Shown here piece by piece: positions 10,734 to 20,070 of a stretch of DNA of 64,000 nt. The DNA is from an uncultured delta proteobacterium (lineage in GTDB: Bacteria; Desulfobacterota; Desulfobulbia; Desulfobulbales; SURF-16), in contig CAVSQR010000081.1 of NCBI GenBank assembly GCA_963729825.1, positions 1,111 to 65,110 of the forward strand, read 5' to 3'. Below the pieces are notes generated by a model, which was given only the letters and a program-made list of their open reading frames with translations, was not told where the DNA came from and ran no database searches. The translations under genes and the position numbers were made by a program. The stretch's first letter is position 1. Every line of letters begins with the position of its first letter.

Positions 10734-10810
10734 AGGCGGTTCGCGAACCGCCTCTACTCCAGTTCAGTTTCTCCTCACTCCTTACTACCTTACTCCTCAC
10801 TTTTCACTTA
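10730..10810. repeat. 28-nt perfect palindrome (bidirectional terminator-like) plus GTRAGGA heptamer tract; related copy at 63735-63815
   Basis: GTAGAGGCGGTTCGCGAACCGCCTCTAC overlaps the rsmB stop codon. It is followed by CTCCTCACTCCTTACTACCTTACTCCTCACTTTTCACTTA, which reaches the stop of the convergent gene. Confidence 0.8.
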
Positions 10811-11991
10811 CTTCGGCGCACGGATGTCAAAACGCGGCATCCTCATCATCCTGCCGATCTCCTCCTTCAGATTAACCTGATCAGGATTTTCGATGCTGTG
10901 GGTCATCAGATTGGCAAACAGTTCATCCTGCTCCATCGGATGGGCATGCTCGCTGGGACCTTCGCCCTCCAGCTGAATATGGGCTGCCCAGGGAACAAAA
11001 TAGTTCGTTGTCGGGAAATCGTCGTATTCGGAAATATCGAGATTGAGTCCGGCGATATAGAGAAGATTTCTCCCTTTGTAATCCGAACCGCGGCGAATGG
11101 ATTCCACCACCCGGGCGAATTCCAGCTGGATATTGATCTTGGCGGCCCGCAGGGGAGGATTCTGGAGCAGTAACGATGTTGGGCATGAATTCGATGATAT
11201 TTCTTTCCAGCAGGATCGATTCATCCGTTTCATGAAAGTCTTCCCGGAAGAAAAACAGCTCTTCGGTCAGCAGATCGCCGATGGGTTCCCCCGCCCCGCT
11301 CTTCCATCGATAGCCGGTGGCATCAACACGCTGGCGGAAGTCATCGGATACTTCGTAGACCTGTGAGGTGCTTGCTGCGGTAATAGGACGGACCAGGCCG
11401 CCATTGTACATCTTGGCAATATTCTGCAAACGCAGGACCAGGCCATCCTTGACAGGGTGAAAGGCAAAGTCGACAAAGGAATTCTTGACGGTGATCAGAT
11501 ATCTGCCCTGTTCGTCACGGTGCAGAAAAATTCGATCTTTGGCAAACCGGTATTGTTCCAGGTAGGGGGTAATGACATGGGTGAGTTTGCCGCAGGAGTC
11601 GCCGACACATTTGCCGATGCGCTGCGGCCGGGCGTATTTCCCATAAATGCCGGTTTCATGATCATAGCCCACATGGCTTGCCTGGACAATGAGCAAGATC
11701 CTCCCCATGATGGGAGTGGGGACCGTGCCTGTCAATGGCCATGATGCCGCCGACGCGGCCATGATTAAAGGGGAAAATCCCAAAATGCTTGGTGAGCAGA
11801 ATAATGGGCAGGCCTTGATTTTCATCCGAGCAAAAAGCCCTGGACGGCATGATCAACCCTTTTCTGAAGCCAAGCGCTTTACAGAAATTATAGAGCCTGG
11901 GCACAAACTCCGGATAGGGCATTGCCAGACCATCAACCTTGAATGGCGCCAACTTTCTTGTCACGTAGTACTCCCGGTATTGCCTGAACAT
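10808..11991 (-). CDS. conserved hypothetical protein, Cys/His-rich (possible metalloenzyme; frameshifted as assembled)
   Basis: Fragments 11662-11991, 10923-11825 and 10808-11233 join into about 395 aa. The text reads ...SRAFCSDENQGLPIILLTKHFGIFPFNHGRVGGIMAIDRHGPHSHHG...LIVQASHVGYDHETGIYGKYARPQRIGKCVGDSCGKL... and ends RMPRFDIRAPK. No family assignment could be verified. Confidence 0.6.
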
Positions 11992-12263
11992 TTATCGGTA
12001 TCCCCCTTTGCCTGTCTATTATTTTTTGGTCATTTAACTGCATCTCCCTATTATTATTTGGGTAAAATTACTCAATAGATGGAAAATCTTTACAGGTCAA
12101 GAATAAAATAAAATTCATCGGTGCCGCAATTGAACGCGGATGGCCAGGTACTGGCCATGAATCAATGATCCTTACCGCTAAATGGGGCAACACAAAAAGA
12201 TGAAAACAGGCACGCTGAAGCAATTCACTCACCTGAATTTTTCAAGTGAGTGAATTACATTTT

Positions 12264-13034
12264 TTATTTGAAATAATTCAACAGGGCATGCAGGGTGGTG
12301 AGGGGGTGTGGCGGGCAGCCGGGAATATAGAGATCCACCGGAATCAGGCTGTTCAGGTCGCCGACCACCTCGGGGCTTCCCCGGAAAGGCCCGCCGGAAA
12401 TGGAACAGCTGCCGCTGGCAATAACCACCTTCGGCGCCGGGACAGCCTCATAGGTGGTCAGCAGAGCGGCCTGCATATTCCTGGAAATCGGCCCGGTAAC
12501 ATGAATGCCATCGGCATGCCTGGGAGAGGCGACAAACTGGATCCCGAAGCGGGCAAGATCAAAAAACGGGGTATTCAAAACATTGGTATCGGCTTCGCAG
12601 GAATTGCAGCCGGCGGCGGAAACCTGGCGCAGCTGCAGGGAGCGGCCAAACAGTTTTTTAAAATGTTTTTTTGCATTGTCGGCAAGCCTGGGCAGGTTGC
12701 CATCGGTCAGCAGATGTTCTTTTTTGGCAACGCCGAGTTCAAAGTTCTGGGTGAACTGGACAAAATCACCCTTTGACAGGGTTTCGCATTGGCCGCAAAA
12801 AACACAGCGGCCGAGATCAATCAGACCATTATCGGCATCAATCGCATCCTGCGGACACAGGTCGGCGCATTTCTTCATAAGTGCTGCCGGGCAATTCTTG
12901 TGAACTTTCGGCATCCCCCGGTATCTCTTATTGAGGGTAATCGGCGCTTTCGGATATTTTGAGGTGCGGCACCCCTGCTCCATTCTATTCTGTATTATTT
13001 TCAACATTCCAAAATCCTCATTGGCTTTGCGCAA
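12264..13034 (-). CDS. Hyf/Ehr-type small subunit (NuoB/HycG-like) with N-terminal ferredoxin-like extension
   Basis: Intact ORF; the likely start is M10 at 13007. The N-terminal part carries CADLCP and CVFCGQCE Fe-S motifs. The C-terminal part is NuoB-like: GCNSCEAD, PRHADGIHVTGP, ASGSCSISGGPF, YIPGCPPHP. Confidence 0.85.
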   Translation of the reverse strand: MRKANEDFGMLKIIQNRMEQGCRTSKYPKAPITLNKRYRGMPKVHKNCPAALMKKCADLCPQDAIDADNGLIDLGRCVFCGQCETLSKGDFVQFTQNFELGVAKKEHLLTDGNLPRLADNAKKHFKKLFGRSLQLRQVSAAGCNSCEADTNVLNTPFFDLARFGIQFVASPRHADGIHVTGPISRNMQAALLTTYEAVPAPKVVIASGSCSISGGPFRGSPEVVGDLNSLIPVDLYIPGCPPHPLTTLHALLNYFK

Positions 13035-13083
13035 AAGAGCAACAATAGGCAGCGTAGCTGCTCACAAAATCGAAACCAAGCCC

Positions 13084-14592
13084 TTACAGATCAAAGCCGC
13101 AATATGAAAGGTTAAAGCTTTTATTGCAGAGCGGAAAATCCGATATCCCCTGATTGCGAAGCGCCATGGCCAGTCCCGTCCAGTTGTGAAACGAAGGATC
13201 TTTGACCTTGTAGCGCAGGATCTCGCCTTCCGGACCTGTCAGCAGGCAATGGGAAGTTTCTCCCCGCCAGCCTTCATTAATGGTGACGACAAAGGAGGAC
13301 GGCGCAAGCTTGCAGTCGCCGGCCAGAACACTTTCCGTCTCGACCTGTTTTGCCAGCAATGTTTCGATCAACAGAAAGGCATGCGCTATTTCCTCTCTTC
13401 TGACCGTGGCCCGGCTGGCGACATCGCCATCGGTCTTGTTATTAATATTAGCAGGCAATTCAGCATAGCATTCGGTGGGAAAACTGACCCGGGCATCATA
13501 AGCAAGACCTGAGGCCCGTCCCGCATAGCCGACAAGGCCGAGCTTTTCCGCCGTTTCCCGGTCAACCGTCCCCGTGAGATCAAAACGGGCCTGGACGGTG
13601 TGGGCCGTAAACAGCAGATCACAGACATGTTCGACCTCAGGCTTTGTTTCCTTTATTTTGTCGATGAGGAGCTGGCGCTGCTCCTGGCCCATGGTATAGG
13701 CAACGCCTCCGGGCCGGACCAGACCTTTGCCGAAACGGTTGCCGGAAAGCACCAGCAGGAGATTGAGAAATTCGCCTCTGAGCCGACCGAAATAAGCCGC
13801 CGGCGGGTTAAAGGCCACGTCACCGCTCAAGGCGCCGAGATCACCGACATGGTTGGCAATACGTTCCAGCTCAAGGGCAATGGTGCGGACGATTCTGGCC
13901 CCCTCATCAACGGCCAGGGAGCCCAGGGATTCCATGGCCTGGGCGTAGCACAGACTGTGGCCGATGGCGGTATCGCCGGCAATGCCTTCAACGATAATGG
14001 GCATCCGTTTCCTCGGCACCTCAAGCAGCATTTTCTCAACGCCGCGATGCTGATAGCCGAGCTGGATCTCCAGGTGGAGAACCTCTTCGCCGATGCACTG
14101 AAAACGGAAATGCCCCGGCTCAATGATCCCGGCATGCACCGGCCCCACGGCAACCTCATGAATTGCCTCGCCTTCCACCGGGAAATAATCGTAATTGCCG
14201 GGGATATCCTGGGTGTAATCATTGCCGAAGATATCTTCCCGCTGCCGGAAGTTGGCATGATAGCGGACATGTTTGAGCCACGGATGCTCATAAGGCCGCA
14301 CCCCGTACTGTTCGGCGATCTCCCGCTCGAACATGTGAAATTTTTCGCAGTCTGCGGTCAAGGCATGATAGGCTTCGGCAACATCACTGCCGGTGACATA
14401 AAGTCCACCATCATTACGCAAGACGGCCAGGACCTTCAGTACGCCGTTATCCTCATAGGCAAAATAGTGGACGATCTGGCCGCCATCCAAGGCGAATCCC
14501 GATAATTCCTGGCGAAAAACATGAAAAGGCAGATGAGGGATATCGCTTCGTTTTACTGTTTCGCCGTTTGCAATTTTAAGGAGGTTACCCAT
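13084..14592 (-). CDS. Hyf/Ehr-type large subunit (NuoC/NuoD- and HycE-like), canonical Ni-Fe cysteine ligands absent
   Basis: Intact 502-aa ORF with VGPVHAGIIEPGHFRFQCIGEEVLHLEIQLGYQHRGVEK. The position of RxCGxCxxxH reads EGIAGDTAIGH. The C-terminus reads PLCNKSFNLSYCGFDL instead of ..DPCxxCxxR. Confidence 0.85.
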   Translation of the reverse strand: MGNLLKIANGETVKRSDIPHLPFHVFRQELSGFALDGGQIVHYFAYEDNGVLKVLAVLRNDGGLYVTGSDVAEAYHALTADCEKFHMFEREIAEQYGVRPYEHPWLKHVRYHANFRQREDIFGNDYTQDIPGNYDYFPVEGEAIHEVAVGPVHAGIIEPGHFRFQCIGEEVLHLEIQLGYQHRGVEKMLLEVPRKRMPIIVEGIAGDTAIGHSLCYAQAMESLGSLAVDEGARIVRTIALELERIANHVGDLGALSGDVAFNPPAAYFGRLRGEFLNLLLVLSGNRFGKGLVRPGGVAYTMGQEQRQLLIDKIKETKPEVEHVCDLLFTAHTVQARFDLTGTVDRETAEKLGLVGYAGRASGLAYDARVSFPTECYAELPANINNKTDGDVASRATVRREEIAHAFLLIETLLAKQVETESVLAGDCKLAPSSFVVTINEGWRGETSHCLLTGPEGEILRYKVKDPSFHNWTGLAMALRNQGISDFPLCNKSFNLSYCGFDL

Positions 14593-16013
14593 TCAAACCA
14601 CCCCCGATGGCTGTGATTGCGTTGATAATCGTTTGATAAAGACTTTCCGGGAGCCACACACAGAGGACCGCCGAGGTCAACAAAAGCGCATAGGAGGGCA
14701 GGATCCGCAAAAATTTTTCCTGCACCAGGATATCATTATCATGCTGGGCAAATGACATGCGCATGACGAGACGCGCGGCACCGGCAAAAATGAGGATAAG
14801 ACAGAAAATGAAAATGGTGATGCTGACAAAACGGCCGCTGCGGAAGGCTCCGATGATGATCAGCAGCTCACTGATGAATATGCCGAATGGCGGGAAGCCT
14901 GAGATCCCGGCAAAACCGGCAAAAAAGGCGATAAAAGGTCTTGGGCAGCAATTTCGCCATATTGCCTGTGTTCCTGATCAGTTTCGTGCCGTAGCCGAGA
15001 AGAATATTGCCGGACGACAGAAACAGGGAGGACTTAATGAGCGAGTGATGGATCAGATGCAGCATGGCCCCGTACGTGCCCAACCCCCCGATGGCGATAC
15101 CGAAGGCAATGATCCCCATGTTTTCGATACTCGAGTAGGCCAGCATCCGCTTGTAATCGGTCTGATTCATAATAAAAATCGCCGCAACGGACATGGACAG
15201 CAGACCGAAAACAATAAGGACATTGCTCGAATAGGCGCCGAGCCCTGCAGCATAGAGCAGGGTGTGGGTCTTATAGACCCCGAGAAACGCGCAGTTCAGC
15301 AGCGCGCCTGACAAAAGGGCTGAGGCAGGACTGGGAGACTCGCTGTGGGCGTCGGGAAGCCAGGTATGCATGGGCGCAAGTCCCATCTTGGTGCCGTACC
15401 CGATGACCACAAAAACAAATCCCGCCTTGAGCCAGACCTGATCGAGACTTGCGGCCACGGCTTGCAGGGCGGAAAAGGAAAGCGGCACATCCACCTTGCC
15501 GATGTCCATGGACAGGGTGATGAAGAAAGACCCGAGTAGAGCCAGGGCAATGCCCACCGAGCAGATCAGCACGTATTTCCAGGTTGCCTCCAGAGCCTCT
15601 TTGGAGCGATGCACAAAGATCAACGGGGCGCTGACCAGGGTGGTCGCCTCGATGGCTATCCACAGGACGATGAGATGATCAGCCAGAGTCACCATGCTCA
15701 TGGCAGCCAGGAAAAAAAGCATGCAGCCGATAAAAACATGCTCATTCTCCATTTCCGTCTCTTTCATGTAGGAAACGCTATAAATAGAGATGAACAGAAA
15801 GATGAAGGAGGTGACCAGAAGCACCAGGGTGCCTTCCGGAGTGGCGCGGAAATAAGCATCAAACATTGGTGCTGAGATCTTCAGCCAGCACATCCCGGTC
15901 AGCTGCACATGCAAAAGAGCGGCGATGACAAGAATGATCCTGCCGAGCTTCACAGGGAGAAAGGTTGCCATTATTCCGGCAAACAGGGGTATGAGGAAAA
16001 CCAATTCTAACAT
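14585..16013 (-). CDS. Hyf/Ehr-type antiporter-like membrane subunit (NuoN/NuoM/HyfF-like; one frame change)
   Basis: ORF 14868-16013 plus about 95 further codons in another frame (FIAFFAGFAGISGFPPFGIFISELLIIIGAFRSGRF... to TAA at 14585-14587). The frame change sits in a 4-nt homopolymer near 14933-14936. The stop overlaps the next start (ATGGGTAA). Confidence 0.85.
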
Positions 16014-16017
16014 ATTC

Positions 16018-16671
16018 TCAATCCTTTAATCTGCCAAGCAGTGCGGTGTCCACATCGTCAAAAGCGCTGTTGATGTTATGCAGAACAATACCCATAATCA
16101 TCACGCCGACCAACAGATCGAGCAGCACGCCGAATTCAACCACGTACTGAGTATGAGATTCCTTTGCCAATGCCGCGCCCACCAGATAGATACCATTTTC
16201 CATCATCAGGTAACCAATAACCTGGGTAATCGCCTTGCGTCGTGCCATCAACAAAAAAAGACCTGAGGCCATGGTGGTGATGGCGGTGATCAGCAGCAGG
16301 GCATGGCCGCCGGGAAGGGAAATATTCAGTTGTTCAGTAATATAGGCTGAAATAACGATAAAGGCCAAACCGGTAAAAAGTGAGGCATGATAGCCGACAA
16401 ACGGCTCGACCTCCGTTCTGATTTTTACCTTGTTTACGGCAATATACATAAAACCGGGGATAAGGATCCCTTTAATCAGAATCATGATCTGCAGAAAAAG
16501 AATACTGCCGGCGCCAATTCCATGTTGCTGATCAAGAAACAATGGCACCAGGGAAACCAGAACCCCTTGAAAGGCCATTATCCTGACTAATCCTACAAGC
16601 CTGTTTGAACTTAATGACAAAAGAACGGACAGCAGCACAAGGGACAGTATTGCATCGGAAAGCTGTATCAT
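16018..16671 (-). CDS. Hyf/Ehr-type small membrane subunit (HyfE-like)
   Basis: Intact 217-aa polytopic membrane ORF. Its length and position match hydrogenase-4 component E, and it overlaps the upstream gene by 4 nt. Confidence 0.75.
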   Translation of the reverse strand: MIQLSDAILSLVLLSVLLSLSSNRLVGLVRIMAFQGVLVSLVPLFLDQQHGIGAGSILFLQIMILIKGILIPGFMYIAVNKVKIRTEVEPFVGYHASLFTGLAFIVISAYITEQLNISLPGGHALLLITAITTMASGLFLLMARRKAITQVIGYLMMENGIYLVGAALAKESHTQYVVEFGVLLDLLVGVMIMGIVLHNINSAFDDVDTALLGRLKD

Positions 16672-17585
16672 TGGACGAACTCCATGGTAAGAATGGCCGC
16701 AAAAAATACCAGGGCAAAGGAGGTCAGAATAAACTTGGGCACCAGATCCATCTTGTATCTGGCCATAATGGATTCCGTTATCCCCACGAAAACGTAAATC
16801 AGGCCCATGATGCCGTAGAAGATCAGGCCGTTCAGATAGACGTTATCCAGTTGAAAGGGATAAAGCAGACAGGTGATAAAGGCGGAATAAAAAAACAGCT
16901 TCAGGTAGGCGCCCAGTTCAATAAGGGCAAGATCCGGCCCGCTGTGATCAAGAATCATGACCTCGTGAATCATGGTCAACTCAAGATGGGTAGCCGGGTC
17001 ATCCACCGGAACCCTGGAGTTTTCTGTCAAAAGAACGATAAACAAGGCGAAAATGACCAGCAGCAGCAGCGAAGCAACCGGACTCCACAGGTTGATGGCC
17101 GTTGGTCCTGTGAAGAAGGCGGCAAAGCTGAAAGAGCCGTTCAACCGGTAAAAAAGCAGCAGGATAACAAAGAGTGTCGCCTCGGCAAGCGTGGAAAAAT
17201 AGGCCTCTCTGGCCGCTCCCATACCCTCAAAGGGTGAAGCAGTATCCAGGGCGGCTATAATGGTGAAGAATCGGCCAAGCCCCATGAGATATAAGAGGAT
17301 GATCACGTCACCATGAAAGGATAAGAGCGGTTTTATCCCGGCGAAGGGGAAAAAAAGCAGCACCATGACCACGCTGCAGAAGGATACCACCGGCCCCAGC
17401 TTAAAAACAAAACTTGAGCTGGTGCTGTACACCGAACCTTTCTTAAAAAGCTTGGCAAGGGTATAGTACTTTATCAGAATGGGGGGACCCTTTCTTCCGG
17501 CAATGTACGCCTTTACTTTCATAATAATTGCTGACAGGAAAGGTGCAGCAAGTATAGCGAAGCAGAATGATACGATTGATTCCAT
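16668..17585 (-). CDS. Hyf/Ehr-type NuoH/HycD/HyfC-like membrane subunit
   Basis: Intact 305-aa polytopic ORF with NuoH-like segments: ASPFEGMGAAREAYFSTLAEA and VDDPATHLELTMIHEVMILDHSGPDLA. Confidence 0.85.
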   Translation of the reverse strand: MESIVSFCFAILAAPFLSAIIMKVKAYIAGRKGPPILIKYYTLAKLFKKGSVYSTSSSFVFKLGPVVSFCSVVMVLLFFPFAGIKPLLSFHGDVIILLYLMGLGRFFTIIAALDTASPFEGMGAAREAYFSTLAEATLFVILLLFYRLNGSFSFAAFFTGPTAINLWSPVASLLLLVIFALFIVLLTENSRVPVDDPATHLELTMIHEVMILDHSGPDLALIELGAYLKLFFYSAFITCLLYPFQLDNVYLNGLIFYGIMGLIYVFVGITESIMARYKMDLVPKFILTSFALVFFAAILTMEFVQ

Positions 17586-17633
17586 CCATTACCTCTGTAG
17601 ATTTTGCAGTTGTACCGATTCCATGCCTGAACT

Positions 17634-19592
17634 TTAGAGAAACAACAACATCACGATGATTGCCGCAACAATATAGGCGATATAGAGATGAATATTCCCA
17701 TGCTGTATCCAGCGCAGCATCTGCAGCAGATGAAAAAACGGTTTGATTATCATTTCGTGAATTTTGCTTTCCGCGACATCAATTACCTCGGTATGATAAA
17801 TCGTCTGTCCCGGAAAAATCTTCCTGATGCCTGAATAAAAAGTCTTTACCGGGACAAAGGGGCGGTAAAAATCGATCATGGAAGCGGCATAGGAAGTGCC
17901 GGTATACTGCATTCTGACCGTGGGCCTGGTAAAACCGCACCCCCAGGTTGGCCCGGCACTCACTTCCTTCCGCCAGTAAAGCAGCTTGCGCAAGATCGAA
18001 ACGGCCAGAAACAGGGCAATAAAAAGAGCAGCGGTTTTGGCGATGTTGCGCAGGATAACAATAAAAGTATCCGGGTTATAAGCAGCCACCAACGGAAGAT
18101 CGCCGATACCCTTAAAAGCCAGACGGACAAAAGGTTCCGGCAGAACGCCGATCAGCAGACATGCCGCGGCAAGAAAAACCATGGTCAGCTTCATTGAAAA
18201 ACCAACCTCGCTTGCCTGAGCGGCCTTATCGGTCCGCGGCTCACCCAAAAATGCCAGCCCTACCACCTTGGTGAAACAGGCAGTGGCAAGTCCTCCTATT
18301 ACTGCCAGCGAGATGATGGCAAGCGCGGAGAGAATAAACGCGGTGCGCTGGAGATGAATCCCCTGAAAACTGCCGTAATAAATGAGAAATTCGCCGATAA
18401 AGCCACTGAATGGCGGGAGGCCTGAAATTGCCAGAGAGCCGACCAGAAATGTGCGGCCTGTGACAGGCATTCTTTTTAACAGCCCCCCCAGCTGATCGAT
18501 AGATCGTGTTTTTGCCTTATGCAGTACAGCCCCGGCCCCCATAAAGAGAAGGGATTTGAATATCGAATGATTAAAAACATGCATGAAGGCGCCGGCAAAA
18601 CCGAAAAAGGCCATGGCCTGGGTTCCGGTAGCCACCCCGAGCATACCCACTCCGAGACCGATCAGAATAATCCCGATATTCTCGACACTGCTATAGGCCA
18701 GCAGCTTTTTCACGTCCTGGTTGCCAAGGGCATACACCACCCCAAGAACCCCGGTGACCATGCCGACAATCAGGACGATCTGGGCAAAAATCATGGAGGG
18801 TACGGCAAGCAGGGCATACATGCGGATGATACCGTAGATGCCCATCTTGATCATCACTCCGGACATGATCGCCGAAATATGGCTTGGGGCAGCCGGATGG
18901 GCGTAAGGCAGCCAGATGTGCAGCGGAAAGATACCTGCTTTCGAGCCGAAACCGATGAAAGCCAGGACAAAAACCACGAGTTTTACCGTGTCGGGAATTG
19001 CCGCGAATCCCGTGAAAGCAAAACTGCCGGTATAGCTGTAGATAAGCGCAAAGGCGGCAAAGAGAAACATGGCACCGCCCTGGGCAAAGATAAAATAAAG
19101 GTAGCCGGCCTGCCTGGTATCTTTATTTTGAAAGTCATAGACGACAAGAAAATATGAAGAAATCGACATGATTTCCCAGGCCAGGGCAAAGGTGGGAATA
19201 TTGTCTGCACAGGCAACCAGGGCCATGGAAACGATCAGAATCGCGTTAAAGAAATAATTGATCGCCGTTCTGGTGGAATGCTCCGGTTTTTCCATATAAT
19301 GGAAACTATACAGCACGGCCAGCGGTGAAATAATAAAGATCGGGACAAGAAAAAAAGCGGATATACTGTCCATCTGAAAGGACAAGGTAAAGATATGCAA
19401 CCACGGCAGGGAATATGTCGCGGCAGCACCTGGGTGCAAGAGCACGGAAAGGGCGTCAAAGAGTCCCAGTATGCAACCAGCGGCAATCAGGACGCAACAG
19501 CCTGCTTTCATCATCGTGAAATGCCGATGCATGAGGAGAGGCAGAACACCGCCACATACTATCACAGCAAGAGACAGAAAAAAGGTATCCAT
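17634..19592 (-). CDS. Hyf/Ehr-type NuoL/HyfB-like antiporter subunit
   Basis: Intact 652-aa ORF with proton-antiporter motifs (GSKAGIFPLHIWLPYAHPAAPSHISAIMSGVMIKMG, LLAYSSVENIG). It is the first gene of the operon. Confidence 0.88.
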   Translation of the reverse strand: MDTFFLSLAVIVCGGVLPLLMHRHFTMMKAGCCVLIAAGCILGLFDALSVLLHPGAAATYSLPWLHIFTLSFQMDSISAFFLVPIFIISPLAVLYSFHYMEKPEHSTRTAINYFFNAILIVSMALVACADNIPTFALAWEIMSISSYFLVVYDFQNKDTRQAGYLYFIFAQGGAMFLFAAFALIYSYTGSFAFTGFAAIPDTVKLVVFVLAFIGFGSKAGIFPLHIWLPYAHPAAPSHISAIMSGVMIKMGIYGIIRMYALLAVPSMIFAQIVLIVGMVTGVLGVVYALGNQDVKKLLAYSSVENIGIILIGLGVGMLGVATGTQAMAFFGFAGAFMHVFNHSIFKSLLFMGAGAVLHKAKTRSIDQLGGLLKRMPVTGRTFLVGSLAISGLPPFSGFIGEFLIYYGSFQGIHLQRTAFILSALAIISLAVIGGLATACFTKVVGLAFLGEPRTDKAAQASEVGFSMKLTMVFLAAACLLIGVLPEPFVRLAFKGIGDLPLVAAYNPDTFIVILRNIAKTAALFIALFLAVSILRKLLYWRKEVSAGPTWGCGFTRPTVRMQYTGTSYAASMIDFYRPFVPVKTFYSGIRKIFPGQTIYHTEVIDVAESKIHEMIIKPFFHLLQMLRWIQHGNIHLYIAYIVAAIIVMLLFL

Positions 19593-20070
19593 AATCCCCC
19601 TTTTGCAAAAATTACCTTAATGCATATATCAGCGGCAACCCGAAAGTGCACTACCCCCTCACGCTCACTACAGACTATCCTAGTAATCGCATCAATGACG
19701 GCCAGAGGAGTTATTTCAGCCCCTGCCGGCTGTTCTTGGCAGGCGGCGAAATTGTGGCCTTTAATACAGCTCTCATGTTCGTAAAGTCAAGCAAAAAATT
19801 TCTTACAATTTTGTTTTTTTAATTTTTTGATTTTCTATTCGCTAAGTTATCAGTATAATAATAAAAAGAGTGATAATACTTTTCCCTCTCATAAGCGTTA
19901 CTTAAAAAAATTTCTCTCTTTCTCCACGACCAGCCTTCTGATATTATTTTGATCGCCAATACACATCCTGCAGGTTACACTGTTTTTAATTTGTACACTC
20001 TATATTGTTTCCATTCCCATAATAAACCATTTTTCTGTATACTCCTGTATACTCTAAGTTTCTTTACCTT

